A stretch of 64,000 bases of DNA, taken from contig JAULAX010000017.1 of assembly GCA_032654565.1 (NCBI GenBank), positions 256,001 to 320,000 on the forward strand, read 5' to 3'. The notes below the pieces were generated by a model. The model had not been told where the DNA came from, made no database searches, and saw only the letters and a list, made by a program, of their open reading frames with translations. Positions 53,457 to 63,004 of the stretch are shown piece after piece. This stretch comes from Anaeromyxobacteraceae bacterium (GTDB lineage: Bacteria; Myxococcota; Myxococcia; Myxococcales; Anaeromyxobacteraceae). How positions within the stretch are numbered: position 1 is the first letter of the stretch; each line of letters starts with the position of its first letter. Both the position numbers and the translations under genes were made by a program.

Positions 53457-55196
53457 TCACGGGGCGCGCGCCACCCGGGTCCCCTGCTGGGCGGCGAAGC
53501 CCACCACCGCCCGGGCCACCGCCCCGGCCACCTCGTCCTGGTACTTCGCCGAGGCCAGCCGCTGCTCCTCGCGCCGGTTGGAGATGAAGGCGGTCTCCAC
53601 CAGCACCGCCGGCATCCGGGCCCCCACCAGCACGTAGAAGAGCGCGCTCTTGACGCCCAGGTCCTGGACCTCGCCCACCTTCTCACGCACCGCCCCGGTG
53701 ATCTCGCGCTGGACCTGCTGGGCGAGCCGTCGGCTGGCGTCGGTGGCGGTGCGGGCGTCGAGGTCGGTGAGGATGCGCCGGGCGTCCAGGGCGGCGGTCT
53801 CCTGGTCGGGGTCGACGCCGTTCTCGCGGGCCGCCAGCCGGTTGGCGTAGCGGTCGTCGGCGACGTTGAGCACCCAGGTCTCCACCCCGGCCAGGCTGCG
53901 GCGCGGGTTGGCGTTGGCGTGGATGGAGACGAAGAGGTCGCCGCGCCGGGCGTTGGCGATGGCGGTCCGCTCCTCGAGCGCCACGTAGCGGTCGTCGCTG
54001 CGGGTCATCACCACCTCGAAGCCGGCCTGCCGCAGCCGCTGTGCCAGCCGGTTGGAGATGGCCAGGGTGACGTCCTTCTCGCGGACGCCGCTGGGGCCGA
54101 TGGCCCCGGGGTCGAGGCCGCCGTGGCCGGCGTCGACGACGATCCGCTTCACCGGGCGTGACCCGCTCCCCTCCTCGTCGCCGGGCGGCGGGCCCATGAC
54201 CGGCTCGCTCGGCCTGGACGGCGACGGCGGCGCGGCCATCGACGGCCCCCGGGCGCTGCCGCGGGCCTCGCGCTCCGCCAGCCGGGTCCCCACGTCGACG
54301 ATGAGCCGCGGCGGGTCGTCCATCCGGTAGAAGTGGACGTCGTCGCGCCCGGGCAGGTCGAGCACCACCCGGACCGTCTCGTGATCACGCTGCGCCGTCC
54401 GCACCCGGTCGATCTGCTCCCCCTCCACGCTTCTGGCCTGCGCCGAGCCCTCCAGCCGCGCCGGGCGGAAGTCGAGCGCCAGCCGCCGCGGGGCCCCGCC
54501 GGCCGCCGGCAGCTCGAACTTCTGCCAGCCCACCCAGTGGTCGAGCGAGATGGCCACCCGGGTGTAGTCCTCGCTGGCCCAGGACCGCACCTCGCCGATG
54601 CTGGCGGCGCCGGCGCCGTTGGAGGCGCCCAGCTTCAGCTCGGGCGGCGCCTTGAGGTCGGCCACCGCCGCCTCCAGCTCGGGCTCGGCGGCCGGCTCCA
54701 GCTCGGGCCTGGACGGCGGCGGCGGCGGGGCCTGGGCGGTGCGCGGCTCGGCGCCACGGACCGGCGCCGCGGCCACGGCCGGCTTCTCCTTGCGCGGGGC
54801 CGGCGCCGGGTGATCGTCACCCGCCTCGCGGCGCATGGCGGCGGCGAACCGGGCGGCGTCGCGGGCCCCCAGCTTCTCGGCCCGCCGGGCCAGGCGCAGG
54901 GCGGCGTCGCGGTCGGCCTCGTTGGCCGACCAGCGGTAGAGGGCGTAGCGGGCCCGGGCCGCCTCCAGCGTGGCGGCCGGGGCGCTGGGGCCGACGGCGG
55001 CGTCGAGCAGGGCCTTGATGGCCTTCTCCCAGTGGTGGTGGTAGCGCCGCCGGACCGGGTCGCGCATCAGGCTCTTCAGCTGGGCCCGGGCCACCTCCAG
55101 CCGGGCGCTGGCCGCGGGCGGGTGGGCCGCCGGCCGGGCCGCCGGCGCGGGGGCCGCCAGCATCACCGAGAGCAGCAGGGGGAGGACGGCACCCAT
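53457..55196 (-). CDS. N-acetylmuramoyl-L-alanine amidase (AMIN plus Amidase_3; AmiC-like)
   Basis: Signal peptide; VRVVLDL..PPRLIVD; IVVDAGHGG.DPGA, FVSIHAN, PAVLVETAFISN. Confidence 0.93.
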   Translation of the reverse strand: MGAVLPLLLSVMLAAPAPAARPAAHPPAASARLEVARAQLKSLMRDPVRRRYHHHWEKAIKALLDAAVGPSAPAATLEAARARYALYRWSANEADRDAALRLARRAEKLGARDAARFAAAMRREAGDDHPAPAPRKEKPAVAAAPVRGAEPRTAQAPPPPPSRPELEPAAEPELEAAVADLKAPPELKLGASNGAGAASIGEVRSWASEDYTRVAISLDHWVGWQKFELPAAGGAPRRLALDFRPARLEGSAQARSVEGEQIDRVRTAQRDHETVRVVLDLPGRDDVHFYRMDDPPRLIVDVGTRLAEREARGSARGPSMAAPPSPSRPSEPVMGPPPGDEEGSGSRPVKRIVVDAGHGGLDPGAIGPSGVREKDVTLAISNRLAQRLRQAGFEVVMTRSDDRYVALEERTAIANARRGDLFVSIHANANPRRSLAGVETWVLNVADDRYANRLAARENGVDPDQETAALDARRILTDLDARTATDASRRLAQQVQREITGAVREKVGEVQDLGVKSALFYVLVGARMPAVLVETAFISNRREEQRLASAKYQDEVAGAVARAVVGFAAQQGTRVARAP

Positions 55197-55285
55197 TCTG
55201 GGCGACTGTCCCCCCGGTCGATATCGCCGTCCACTTTTCGGCGGGCGGCGGCGGTATCATCCCCGCTCCTTCCAGGAGGTCCGAC

Positions 55286-55951
55286 ATGGCGAACGGCAAG
55301 CGGGTTGGCGTGCTCCTCTCCGGCTGCGGGTTCCTCGATGGCGCCGAGATCCACGAGGCCACCTGCACCCTGCTCTCACTCGACCGGCGCGGGGCCACGC
55401 TGCTGGCCATGGCCCCCGACAAGGCGCAGCACCACGTGGTCGACCACCTCGCCCAGCAGCCCCAGGCCGGCGCCAGCCGCAACGTCCTGCAGGAGGCGGC
55501 CCGCATCGTCCGCGGCCAGATCACGCCGCTGGCGAAGGTGAAGGCCGAGGAGCTCGACGCCCTCATCCTCCCGGGCGGCTTCGGCGCGGCCAAGAACCTC
55601 TGCAGCTACGCCTTCGAGGGGGCGGCCATGAAGGTGGACCCCGACGTGGAGCGGCTGGTGCGGGCCATGCGCGCCGCCAAGAAGCCGCTCGGCTTCATCT
55701 GCATCGCCCCGGTGATCGCCGCCCGGCTCTTCGCCGCCGACAAGGTCAAGGTGACCGTCGGCAACGACCCGACCACGGCCGGCCACATCACCTCCTGGGG
55801 GGCGGAGCACGTCGACTGTGCGGTGGACCAGATCGTGGTCGACCAGCGGCTCAAGCTGGTGACCACCCCGGCCTACATGCTGGGACCCTGGATCGCCCCG
55901 GTGGCCGCCGGCATCGAAAAGCTGGTCGGTGCGGTGCTGGAAATGGCCTGA
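55286..55951 (+). CDS. elbB: Glyoxalase ElbB (ES1/DJ-1 family)
   Basis: LSGCGFLDGAEIHE, PGGFGAAKNL, ICIAP, TTPAYM. Confidence 0.93.
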   Translation: MANGKRVGVLLSGCGFLDGAEIHEATCTLLSLDRRGATLLAMAPDKAQHHVVDHLAQQPQAGASRNVLQEAARIVRGQITPLAKVKAEELDALILPGGFGAAKNLCSYAFEGAAMKVDPDVERLVRAMRAAKKPLGFICIAPVIAARLFAADKVKVTVGNDPTTAGHITSWGAEHVDCAVDQIVVDQRLKLVTTPAYMLGPWIAPVAAGIEKLVGAVLEMA

Positions 55952-56124
55952 ACCTGGGCTTGACCAAGGCTGGTCGAGCCAGCCGGCGGGGGTCAATCGC
56001 GACTCAGTCTCAAGGCTGCGACATTCCGTCACTTTTTGCTGGTCATCCGATGAATTCTGGCTAGCATGCGCCGTCCATCCACATGGGCGGGCTGGTCCGC
56101 CCCAGGTTCCCAGGAGCTGGAAAA

Positions 56125-56415
56125 GTGAACAAGATCTTCGCTGGTATCGTCGCCGCTCTCGTCTTCTCCGCCGGCGTCGCGGTCGCCGCCGATGCCCCCG
56201 CCACCATCACCTTCGACACCAAGAACGGCAAGGTCACCTTCGCCCACAAGGAGCACCAGGAGCGGCTGAAGGGCGACTGCACCAAGTGCCACGCCACCAA
56301 GGCGGGCGGCAAGATCGAGGGCTTCAACAAGGACAAGGCTCACGGCCTCTGCAAGAAGTGCCACGAGGCCGAGAAGAAGGGCCCCACCAAGTGCGCCGAG
56401 TGCCACAAGAAGTAG
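56125..56415 (+). CDS. ppcA: Periplasmic triheme cytochrome c7 (PpcA family)
   Basis: Signal peptide; KNGKVTFAHKEH; three CxxCH motifs (CTKCH, CKKCH, CAECH); GKIEGF and KKGPTKC match Geobacter PpcA. Confidence 0.9.
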   Translation: MNKIFAGIVAALVFSAGVAVAADAPATITFDTKNGKVTFAHKEHQERLKGDCTKCHATKAGGKIEGFNKDKAHGLCKKCHEAEKKGPTKCAECHKK

Positions 56416-56444
56416 TCGCCTCGCGACTGCCAGCGTGAAGCGCC

Positions 56445-56476
56445 GAGGGGCCGGGAAACCGGCCCCTCTTCATTTG
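56445..56476 (+). terminator. Rho-independent terminator
   Basis: GAGGGGCCGG-GAAA-CCGGCCCCTC perfect 10-bp stem followed by TTCATTT; between convergent ppcA and mutS. Confidence 0.8.
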
Positions 56477-56507
56477 TGGGGCGCGCCCTGAACGGCGCGG
56501 CGCCGCC

Positions 56508-59165
56508 TCAGGGACCCAGCTTCTTCTTCCAGCCGGCCAGCAGGTTGAGGGCGTCGAGCGGCCGCAGCGAGTCCATGTCGAGCGCGGCCAGCTCGGCGCG
56601 CAGCGCGGCGAGCGCCGGGTCGGGCGCCGCCTGGAAGAGCCCGAGCTGACTCCCCGCCCCCGCCGCCGCGCCCCTCCCCTTCACCGGGCGGCCCCGCGCC
56701 AGCTGCGGGTGGCCGGCCTCGTCCAGCTCCATGGCCTCGAGGTTCTTCAGGACCTCACGCGCCCGGGCCAGCACCTCGGCGGGTAGCCCGGCCAGCCGGG
56801 CCACCTCGATGCCGTAGCTGCGCGAGGCGCCGCCGGCCACCAGCTTGCGCAGGAAGACCACCTGGTCGCCCACCTCCCGCACCGAGATGGAGACGTTCTT
56901 CACCCGCGGCCGCTCCCGGACAAGCTCCTGCAGCTCGTGGTAGTGGGTGGCGAAGAGGGTCCGGCAGCCGAGCCGGTCGTGCAGGTGCTCGGCCACCGCC
57001 CAGGCCAGCGAGACCCCGTCGAAGGTGGAGGTGCCCCGGCCGATCTCGTCGAGGATCACCAGCGAGCGGCGGGTGGCGTTGTGGAGGATGGCGGCGGTCT
57101 CGGTCATCTCCACCATGAAGGTGGACCGGCCGCGGGCCAGGTCGTCGGAGGCGCCGACCCGGGTGAAGATCCGGTCGGCCAGCCCCACCCGGGCGCGGCG
57201 AGCCGGCACGAAGCTGCCCACCTGCGCCAGCAGCGTCGCCAGCGCCGCCTGCCGCATGATGGTGCTCTTGCCGGACATGTTGGGGCCGGTGATCACCAGC
57301 AGCGAGCCGTGGCGCGCCGAGGCCGCCTCGCCCGACGAGCTGACCGCCACGTCGTTGGGGACGAAGCCGCCGGAGTCGGCCGGCAGCATGGCCTCGACCA
57401 CCGGGTGGCGGGCGTCGGTCAGCTCCAGGGTCTCCGAGTCGTCCACCTCCGGCCGGCAGTAGCCCTTCTCGGCGGCCACCTCGGCCAGCGACCGCAGCAC
57501 GTCGGCCTGCGCCACCGCCTGGGCGGCGGTCCGCAGCCGCGCCCCCTCGGCCACCACCTGGAGCCGCAGCGCCTCGAAGAGCTGCTGCTCCAGGGCGCCG
57601 CGCCGCTCCTCGGCGGTCAGCACCTTCTCCTCGAACCCCTTGAGCGCCTCGGTGACGTAGCGCTCGCCGCCCACCGTGGTCTGGCGCCGCTGGTAGTCGG
57701 CGGGCACGGCGTGGAGGTTGGCCTTGGTGACCTCGATGAAGTAGCCGAAGACCTTGTTGTAGCGGACCTTGAGCGAGGCGATCCCGGTGCGGGCCTTCTC
57801 CTCGGCCTCGAGCCGGGCGATCCAGCCCTTGCCGTCCTCGGAGATGGTGATCAGCTCGTCGAGCTCGGCCGAGTGGCCGCGGCGGATCAGGCCCCCCTCG
57901 GTGAGCGTGGCCGGCGGCTCCAGGGCCACCGCGGCGTCGAGCGCGGCGGCCAGCGGCTCCAGGCCGCGCAGCCCGGCCCCGGCCGCCTTCAGCAGCGGCG
58001 CGGCGCGAGCCTCCAGCAGCGCCGCCAGCGCCGGCAGCGCCAGCAGCGCCCCGCACAGGGCGCGCAGGTCGCGGGCATTCCCCTGCCGCAGGGTCAGGCG
58101 CGAGACCAGCCGCTCCACGTCGGCCACCGGCTTGAGCGCCTGGCCGAGGTCGCCGCGCCCCACCGCCGAGCCGAAGAGCTCCTCGACGGCGTCGAGCCGG
58201 GCCTGGATGGGCGCCACCTCGCAGAGCGGGTAGCGCAGCCACTCGGCCAGCAGCCGCGCCCCCGGCGCCGTCGCCGTCCGGTCGAGCTGGGCCAGCAGCG
58301 TGCCGGACTTCCTGCCCCCCTGCAGGCTCCGCTCGATCTCCAGGTTGGCCCGGGTGGCCTCGTCGATGAGCAGCACGCCCTCGGTGGCCAGGCGGGAGAG
58401 CCGGTCGACGTGGCTGGCCGGGGCCCGCTGGGTCTCTGCGAGGTAGGCGAGCGCCGCCGCCGCCGCCCCCAGGCCCAGCGTCAGCCCGGCCACGCCGTAG
58501 CCGTCGAGCGAAGGGACGCCGAGGTGGCGCTTCAGCCGGGCCTCGCCCCGCTCGAACTCGGCGTCGTCGCGAAGCGCAAAGGGCGCCCCGGCCGCGGCCG
58601 CCACCGCCCGGACCCGCTCGAGCGGCGCGGCCCGGGGGAAGAGCAGCTCGCGGGCCCCGGCCCGGCGCAGCTCGTCGACGAGGCGGGCGTCGGAGTCGAG
58701 CTCGCCGCAGCGCAGCTGGCCGGTGGTGGTCTCCAGCAGCGCCAGCCCCACGTCGGCCTCGCCGAAGGTGACGGCGGCCAGGCAGACGGTCTCGCCCGGC
58801 TCGATGGTCTGGTCGTCGAAGACGGTGCCCGGGGTGATGACCCGGGTGACGTCGCGCTTCACCAGCGTGCCGGCGCTGGGGGTCTCGACCTGGTCGCAGA
58901 TGGCCACCTTCAAGCCGGCGGCCAGCAGCCGGGCCACGTGGCCGCGGGCCGCGTGCCAGGGCACGCCGCACATGGGGACCTTCTCGTCCCCCTTGGCGCG
59001 GGCGGTGAGCGTGATCTGCAGGACGCGCGAGGCGGTGACGGCGTCCTCGAAGAACATCTCGTAGAAGTCGCCGAGCCGGAAGAAGAGGATGGTGTCGGGG
59101 TACCTCTCCTTCAGCTCGAGGTACTGCCGCATCATCGGCGTGGGCGCCGCCGCGATCTCCGCCAT
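56508..59165 (-). CDS. mutS: DNA mismatch repair protein MutS
   Basis: TPMMRQY, FRLGDFYEMF, ITGPNMSGKST, STFMVEM, DEIGRGTST, FATHYHEL. Confidence 0.98.
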   Translation of the reverse strand: MAEIAAAPTPMMRQYLELKERYPDTILFFRLGDFYEMFFEDAVTASRVLQITLTARAKGDEKVPMCGVPWHAARGHVARLLAAGLKVAICDQVETPSAGTLVKRDVTRVITPGTVFDDQTIEPGETVCLAAVTFGEADVGLALLETTTGQLRCGELDSDARLVDELRRAGARELLFPRAAPLERVRAVAAAAGAPFALRDDAEFERGEARLKRHLGVPSLDGYGVAGLTLGLGAAAAALAYLAETQRAPASHVDRLSRLATEGVLLIDEATRANLEIERSLQGGRKSGTLLAQLDRTATAPGARLLAEWLRYPLCEVAPIQARLDAVEELFGSAVGRGDLGQALKPVADVERLVSRLTLRQGNARDLRALCGALLALPALAALLEARAAPLLKAAGAGLRGLEPLAAALDAAVALEPPATLTEGGLIRRGHSAELDELITISEDGKGWIARLEAEEKARTGIASLKVRYNKVFGYFIEVTKANLHAVPADYQRRQTTVGGERYVTEALKGFEEKVLTAEERRGALEQQLFEALRLQVVAEGARLRTAAQAVAQADVLRSLAEVAAEKGYCRPEVDDSETLELTDARHPVVEAMLPADSGGFVPNDVAVSSSGEAASARHGSLLVITGPNMSGKSTIMRQAALATLLAQVGSFVPARRARVGLADRIFTRVGASDDLARGRSTFMVEMTETAAILHNATRRSLVILDEIGRGTSTFDGVSLAWAVAEHLHDRLGCRTLFATHYHELQELVRERPRVKNVSISVREVGDQVVFLRKLVAGGASRSYGIEVARLAGLPAEVLARAREVLKNLEAMELDEAGHPQLARGRPVKGRGAAAGAGSQLGLFQAAPDPALAALRAELAALDMDSLRPLDALNLLAGWKKKLGP

Positions 59166-59252
59166 GGGTGAGCGGTTGTACCGTGAAGGGGCACCAGGGG
59201 CCAGCGTCAGCAGGCGCTCTGGTCTTCGAGCTGCGACCTGCCTGCGGTTTGG

Positions 59253-59558
59253 TCAGGGCTTGACCGGGCAGCGGTAGGCGGTCCCGGTCCAGACCTCGGT
59301 GTGTGCGCCGGCCCGCCCGGTCTTGGCCTTGATGATCCGGACGTGGGTCGCGCCCAGACCGCCTGCGGCACGGAGGGCGTCCTGGCGGGCGGCCTCGACA
59401 TCCGGGAGATGCTGGGCGTCCCTCCCCTCCACCTCGCCGAGCGCCTGGCAGTCGGCCGGTGGATCCTGCTCCAGCAGCGCAGGCCGGGTTCTCGCGTGCG
59501 TGCTGGCGCAGCCGGCGACCGCCATCGAGAGGACGATCAACCCCGTGCGTCGACGCAT
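59253..59558 (-). CDS. Small lipoprotein (DUF4156/RcsF-like fold)
   Basis: AGGAGG RBS; lipobox VAGC; C..LG.V, A..LGATHV and G.AYRC motifs. Confidence 0.75.
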   Translation of the reverse strand: MRRRTGLIVLSMAVAGCASTHARTRPALLEQDPPADCQALGEVEGRDAQHLPDVEAARQDALRAAGGLGATHVRIIKAKTGRAGAHTEVWTGTAYRCPVKP

Positions 59559-59937
59559 GACCAGCCTCCTTTCACTCCTTGGCTGCAAGGACCACGAGTG
59601 CGAGCAGACGCCCCGCGATCTGGATTGACAAGATCCCCGGATGGGGCGCCACGATGGAGCCGGCCGCCCCGCCAGCCGGGGGAGGCCCGCGCCGAGCCAC
59701 GGTGCCCGCGAGGCGGCCGAGGCGGTGGCTCCTGGTGGTGGATGGTGCTGAGCCCAGGTGCAGGTGGCAGCCGTCGCGAAGCTCGGATCTGATGACCCCG
59801 AGGCCGCGCGATGCCTCCTGCCCCTGAGCCTGTCCCCTGATCACGGGGTAGCCTTTTTGTCACATCCACAGGCCACTCCGGTCTATGCGTGAACGAGGTT
59901 CGATGTCGTTGTCCTCCTTCACCGTCGAGGTGTACTC

Positions 59938-60585
59938 ATGTTGAAGTCCTCTGGTCGCATGCCGCTCGCTGCCGTCGGTGCCGGACTGCTGCTCCTGGTT
60001 GGCTGCGCAGGATCGAAGGGGGCCGACGGCGCCGCCGGTCCGACCGGGCCACAGGGGGTACAGGGCGTCGCTGGCCCCACCGGGCCCACCGGCCCCGCTG
60101 GACTCACTGGCCCTGCCGGACCCGCTGGCCCGCAGGGCATCGCTGGTCCCACCGGCCCCACCGGCGCCACTGGCGCCACCGGACCCCAGGGGCCCGCCGG
60201 CCCGGTCGACACCACCGCGCTCATGTCCCGGGTCGCGGTCTCGGGCCAGATCCTGAGCGGTCACATGGCCGTCGACTATGGCACCAACGCCGGCGGCTGG
60301 GGCGTCCACGGCGTGGCCTGGCCCATCGCCTTGCCCGTCGGCACGCCGGTCCCGGCCATCGAGTACACCGCCACCACCTCGGCCAACTGCCCCGGCGTCG
60401 GCCAGGTCGTCCCGGCCGGTCGAATCTGCATCTACGGACTTGGCAACAGCAACTTCGCCAACCTCAGCGGTGGCGGAGGCAACACGACCGCCTCGATCCG
60501 CTATGGCTTCTCGCTCGACGTGTTCTTCACGAACGCGGCGGCCAAGGGCTGGCTGTTCGCCAACTGGGCCTACAAGGTCCCCTGA
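59938..60585 (+). CDS. Collagen-like lipoprotein
   Basis: GAGG RBS; lipobox LVGC; 22 consecutive Gly-X-Y triplets; about 120-aa globular C-terminus. Confidence 0.85.
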   Translation: MLKSSGRMPLAAVGAGLLLLVGCAGSKGADGAAGPTGPQGVQGVAGPTGPTGPAGLTGPAGPAGPQGIAGPTGPTGATGATGPQGPAGPVDTTALMSRVAVSGQILSGHMAVDYGTNAGGWGVHGVAWPIALPVGTPVPAIEYTATTSANCPGVGQVVPAGRICIYGLGNSNFANLSGGGGNTTASIRYGFSLDVFFTNAAAKGWLFANWAYKVP

Positions 60586-60661
60586 GCCGTCCTGCTGACA
60601 TCGTCGTCCGGCTGGACGTCACGATCTCGCCATGCCGAGATCGCCAGGAGGTCGAGCGCTC

Positions 60662-61195
60662 GTGAGGAGCACTGCCCCGACGTCCAGCTGGCGAGGCAGC
60701 CCGCTCGCCATCGTCCTCCTCGCCGCATTGGTGGCGGCGCTGGTGTCCGTTGTCACCGTCCGGCTGGCCGTGCCGCAGCCGGCGGTGGTGGCGGGCAGCG
60801 CGGCGGCGTCGGACGAAGCGCTGCTGCGGGAGGTGGCCGACCTGCGGCGGGAGCTGACGCAGCTCCGCTTCGCCGTCCAGCTCTCGGCTGCCACCAACCC
60901 GAACCCGGGGGCCCTTCCACCCCCGGGCGGGCTGCCCGACCCGGCGCCGGAGCCTCCGCCCACGCCGCGTGTCGCCGCTGCGCCCTCCGATCGGCCCCCC
61001 GACCCGGCCCGCCGCTACGAGCGCTTCGACGTCCCCACCAGCGCCGTCACGGTCCGCCAGGGCTCCGGCGGCGACCTGGTGATCTGGAGCACCGATCCTG
61101 CGCTGGCCGGGCAGGTGATCGAGGTCCGGGCCTGGACCTCCGACGCCACCCCGCACCTGCTCCGCCTCACCGTCCCGCCCGTCGAGGGGCGCTGA
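60662..61195 (+). CDS. Hypothetical membrane-anchored protein
   Basis: AGGAGG before GTG 60662; TM helix, short coiled coil (LLREVADLRRELTQL), Pro-rich linker. Confidence 0.6.
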   Translation: MRSTAPTSSWRGSPLAIVLLAALVAALVSVVTVRLAVPQPAVVAGSAAASDEALLREVADLRRELTQLRFAVQLSAATNPNPGALPPPGGLPDPAPEPPPTPRVAAAPSDRPPDPARRYERFDVPTSAVTVRQGSGGDLVIWSTDPALAGQVIEVRAWTSDATPHLLRLTVPPVEGR

Positions 61196-61252
61196 CCGGA
61201 CGCTCCCCTTCGCGGTGCGCCCATCCACCCTGGGGTGATACGCTCGGCGGCC

Positions 61253-63004
61253 ATGCTCCGCGAGGCGTTCCAGGACCTGAACCGGCTCCGCCAGATCGCC
61301 ACCGCGGTGGTCCGCCACGGCTTCGGCGCCTACCTGGCGCGCAGCCGGCTGGCCGACCAGCTGGGCGGCACCCCGCCGGTGGCCGGCGCCCCCGACGACG
61401 GCAGCCGCTCCACCGCCGCCCGCTTCCGCGAGTTGCTCTCCGAGCTCGGCCCCACCTTCACCAAGCTCGGCCAGCTCCTCTCCACCCGGCGCGACGTGCT
61501 TCCGGCCGCCTGGATCGCCGAGCTGGAGAAGCTGCAGGACGACTGCCCGCCCCTGCCCATCGCCGAGGTCCGCCTGGCCCTGGAGCAGGGGCTGGGCCGG
61601 CCCATCGAGGCGGTCTTCGCCGAGCTCGACCCGGTGCCGCTGGCCAGCGCCTCCATCGCCCAGGTCCACCGCGCCCGCACCCACGCCGGCGAGCTGGTGG
61701 TGGTCAAGGTGCAGCGCCCCGACATCCGTTCCCGCATCGACGCCGACCTGGCCCTGCTCCAGTACCTGGCCAGGGTGCTGGAGGCGGTCATCGAGGAGAC
61801 CGGCGTCTACACCCCCACCGCGGTGATCGAGGAGTTCGACCGGACCATCCACGAGGAGCTCGACTTCGAGAACGAGGCCCGCAACGCCCGGGCCATGCGC
61901 GCCGCCAACGAGGGGCGCGACCAGGTGGTGATCCCGCGGGTCCACGACGCCCTCTCCTCCAGCCAGGTGCTCACCCTCGACTACATCGAGGGGACCCGGC
62001 TCAACGACGTCACCCCGGCGGGCGGCTTCGACCTGGAGCGGATCGCCCGCAACATCATCGAGATGTCCTTCCGGCAGCTCTTCCACGACGGGCTCTTCCA
62101 CGGCGATCCCCACCCGGGGAACATCCTGGTCCTCCCCGGAAACCGGCTGGCGCTGCTCGACTTCGGGCTGGTGGGGCGGCTCGGCCGGACCCAGCAGGAG
62201 CTGCTGGTGACGCTGATCGTGGCGGTGGCGCTGCGCGACCCCGACTCGATGGCCCGGCTGCTCGACAAGATCGGCCTCCCCGACTCGCGCGGCCCCGTCG
62301 GCGGCCTGCGCGGCGACATCGGCGAGATCCTCGACCGCTACCTCGGGCTGCGGCTCGACGAGATCCGGACCGCCACGCTGCTGGGTGACCTGCTCGACCT
62401 GGCCGTGCGCCACCGCATCAAGGTCCCCAAGGAGTACGCGGTGCTGGCCAAGGCCTCCATGACCGTGGAGGGGATCATCCGCCGGCTCTACCCCCGGCTC
62501 GACATCCTCGAGATCGGGCTCCCGTACGCCCGCGAGCTGCTGCTGGCCCGCTTCAGCCCGGAGGACGCCTCGGGCACCTTGATGCGCAGCCTGCTGCGGC
62601 TGCAGGGGCTGGCCGAGGACGTGCCCCACCAGCTCCAGCAGATCCTGGCCGACCTCGAGGGCGGCAAGCTGCGGGTCAACGTCCGCTCGGCCGACGTCGA
62701 GGCCATCGGCGAGCAGGTGCGGGCGGTGGGGACGCTGCTCTTCCTCGGCCTGCTGGCGGCGTCGCTGACCGTGGGCGGGCTGATCATCGTGGCCTTCCGC
62801 CCCTCCACGCTCCCCGGGCTGGTGGCGCTCGGCGTCGGCACGCTGGTGGCGGGCTTCGCCCTCACCCTCCACCTGGCCCCGTTCCGGCTCCGCAAGATCT
62901 CGATCCGGCGGTTCATCCCTCGCGGGCCGTCAGCACCACCAGGCTCCCCAGCCACCAGAGCTCCAGCCCCGCCGACGCCGTCGTCACCAGCGCCGCCAGC
63001 ATGA
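61253..63004 (+). CDS. AarF/UbiB (ABC1) family atypical kinase
   Basis: LGPTFTKLGQLLSTR.D, PLASASIAQVH, VKVQRP, EELDF..E, FHGDPHPGN, LDFG; C-terminal TM helices. Confidence 0.95.
   Translation: MLREAFQDLNRLRQIATAVVRHGFGAYLARSRLADQLGGTPPVAGAPDDGSRSTAARFRELLSELGPTFTKLGQLLSTRRDVLPAAWIAELEKLQDDCPPLPIAEVRLALEQGLGRPIEAVFAELDPVPLASASIAQVHRARTHAGELVVVKVQRPDIRSRIDADLALLQYLARVLEAVIEETGVYTPTAVIEEFDRTIHEELDFENEARNARAMRAANEGRDQVVIPRVHDALSSSQVLTLDYIEGTRLNDVTPAGGFDLERIARNIIEMSFRQLFHDGLFHGDPHPGNILVLPGNRLALLDFGLVGRLGRTQQELLVTLIVAVALRDPDSMARLLDKIGLPDSRGPVGGLRGDIGEILDRYLGLRLDEIRTATLLGDLLDLAVRHRIKVPKEYAVLAKASMTVEGIIRRLYPRLDILEIGLPYARELLLARFSPEDASGTLMRSLLRLQGLAEDVPHQLQQILADLEGGKLRVNVRSADVEAIGEQVRAVGTLLFLGLLAASLTVGGLIIVAFRPSTLPGLVALGVGTLVAGFALTLHLAPFRLRKISIRRFIPRGPSAPPGSPATRAPAPPTPSSPAPPA

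Noticed and set aside
59560..59937. ORFs or ncRNA in the islet spacer
   Set aside because: Candidate ORFs lack RBS, codon bias and motifs; no recognisable RNA family structure
59938..60585. Collagen-tailed multiheme (OmcA/MtrC-like) cytochrome
   Set aside because: No CxxCH motif anywhere in the ORF
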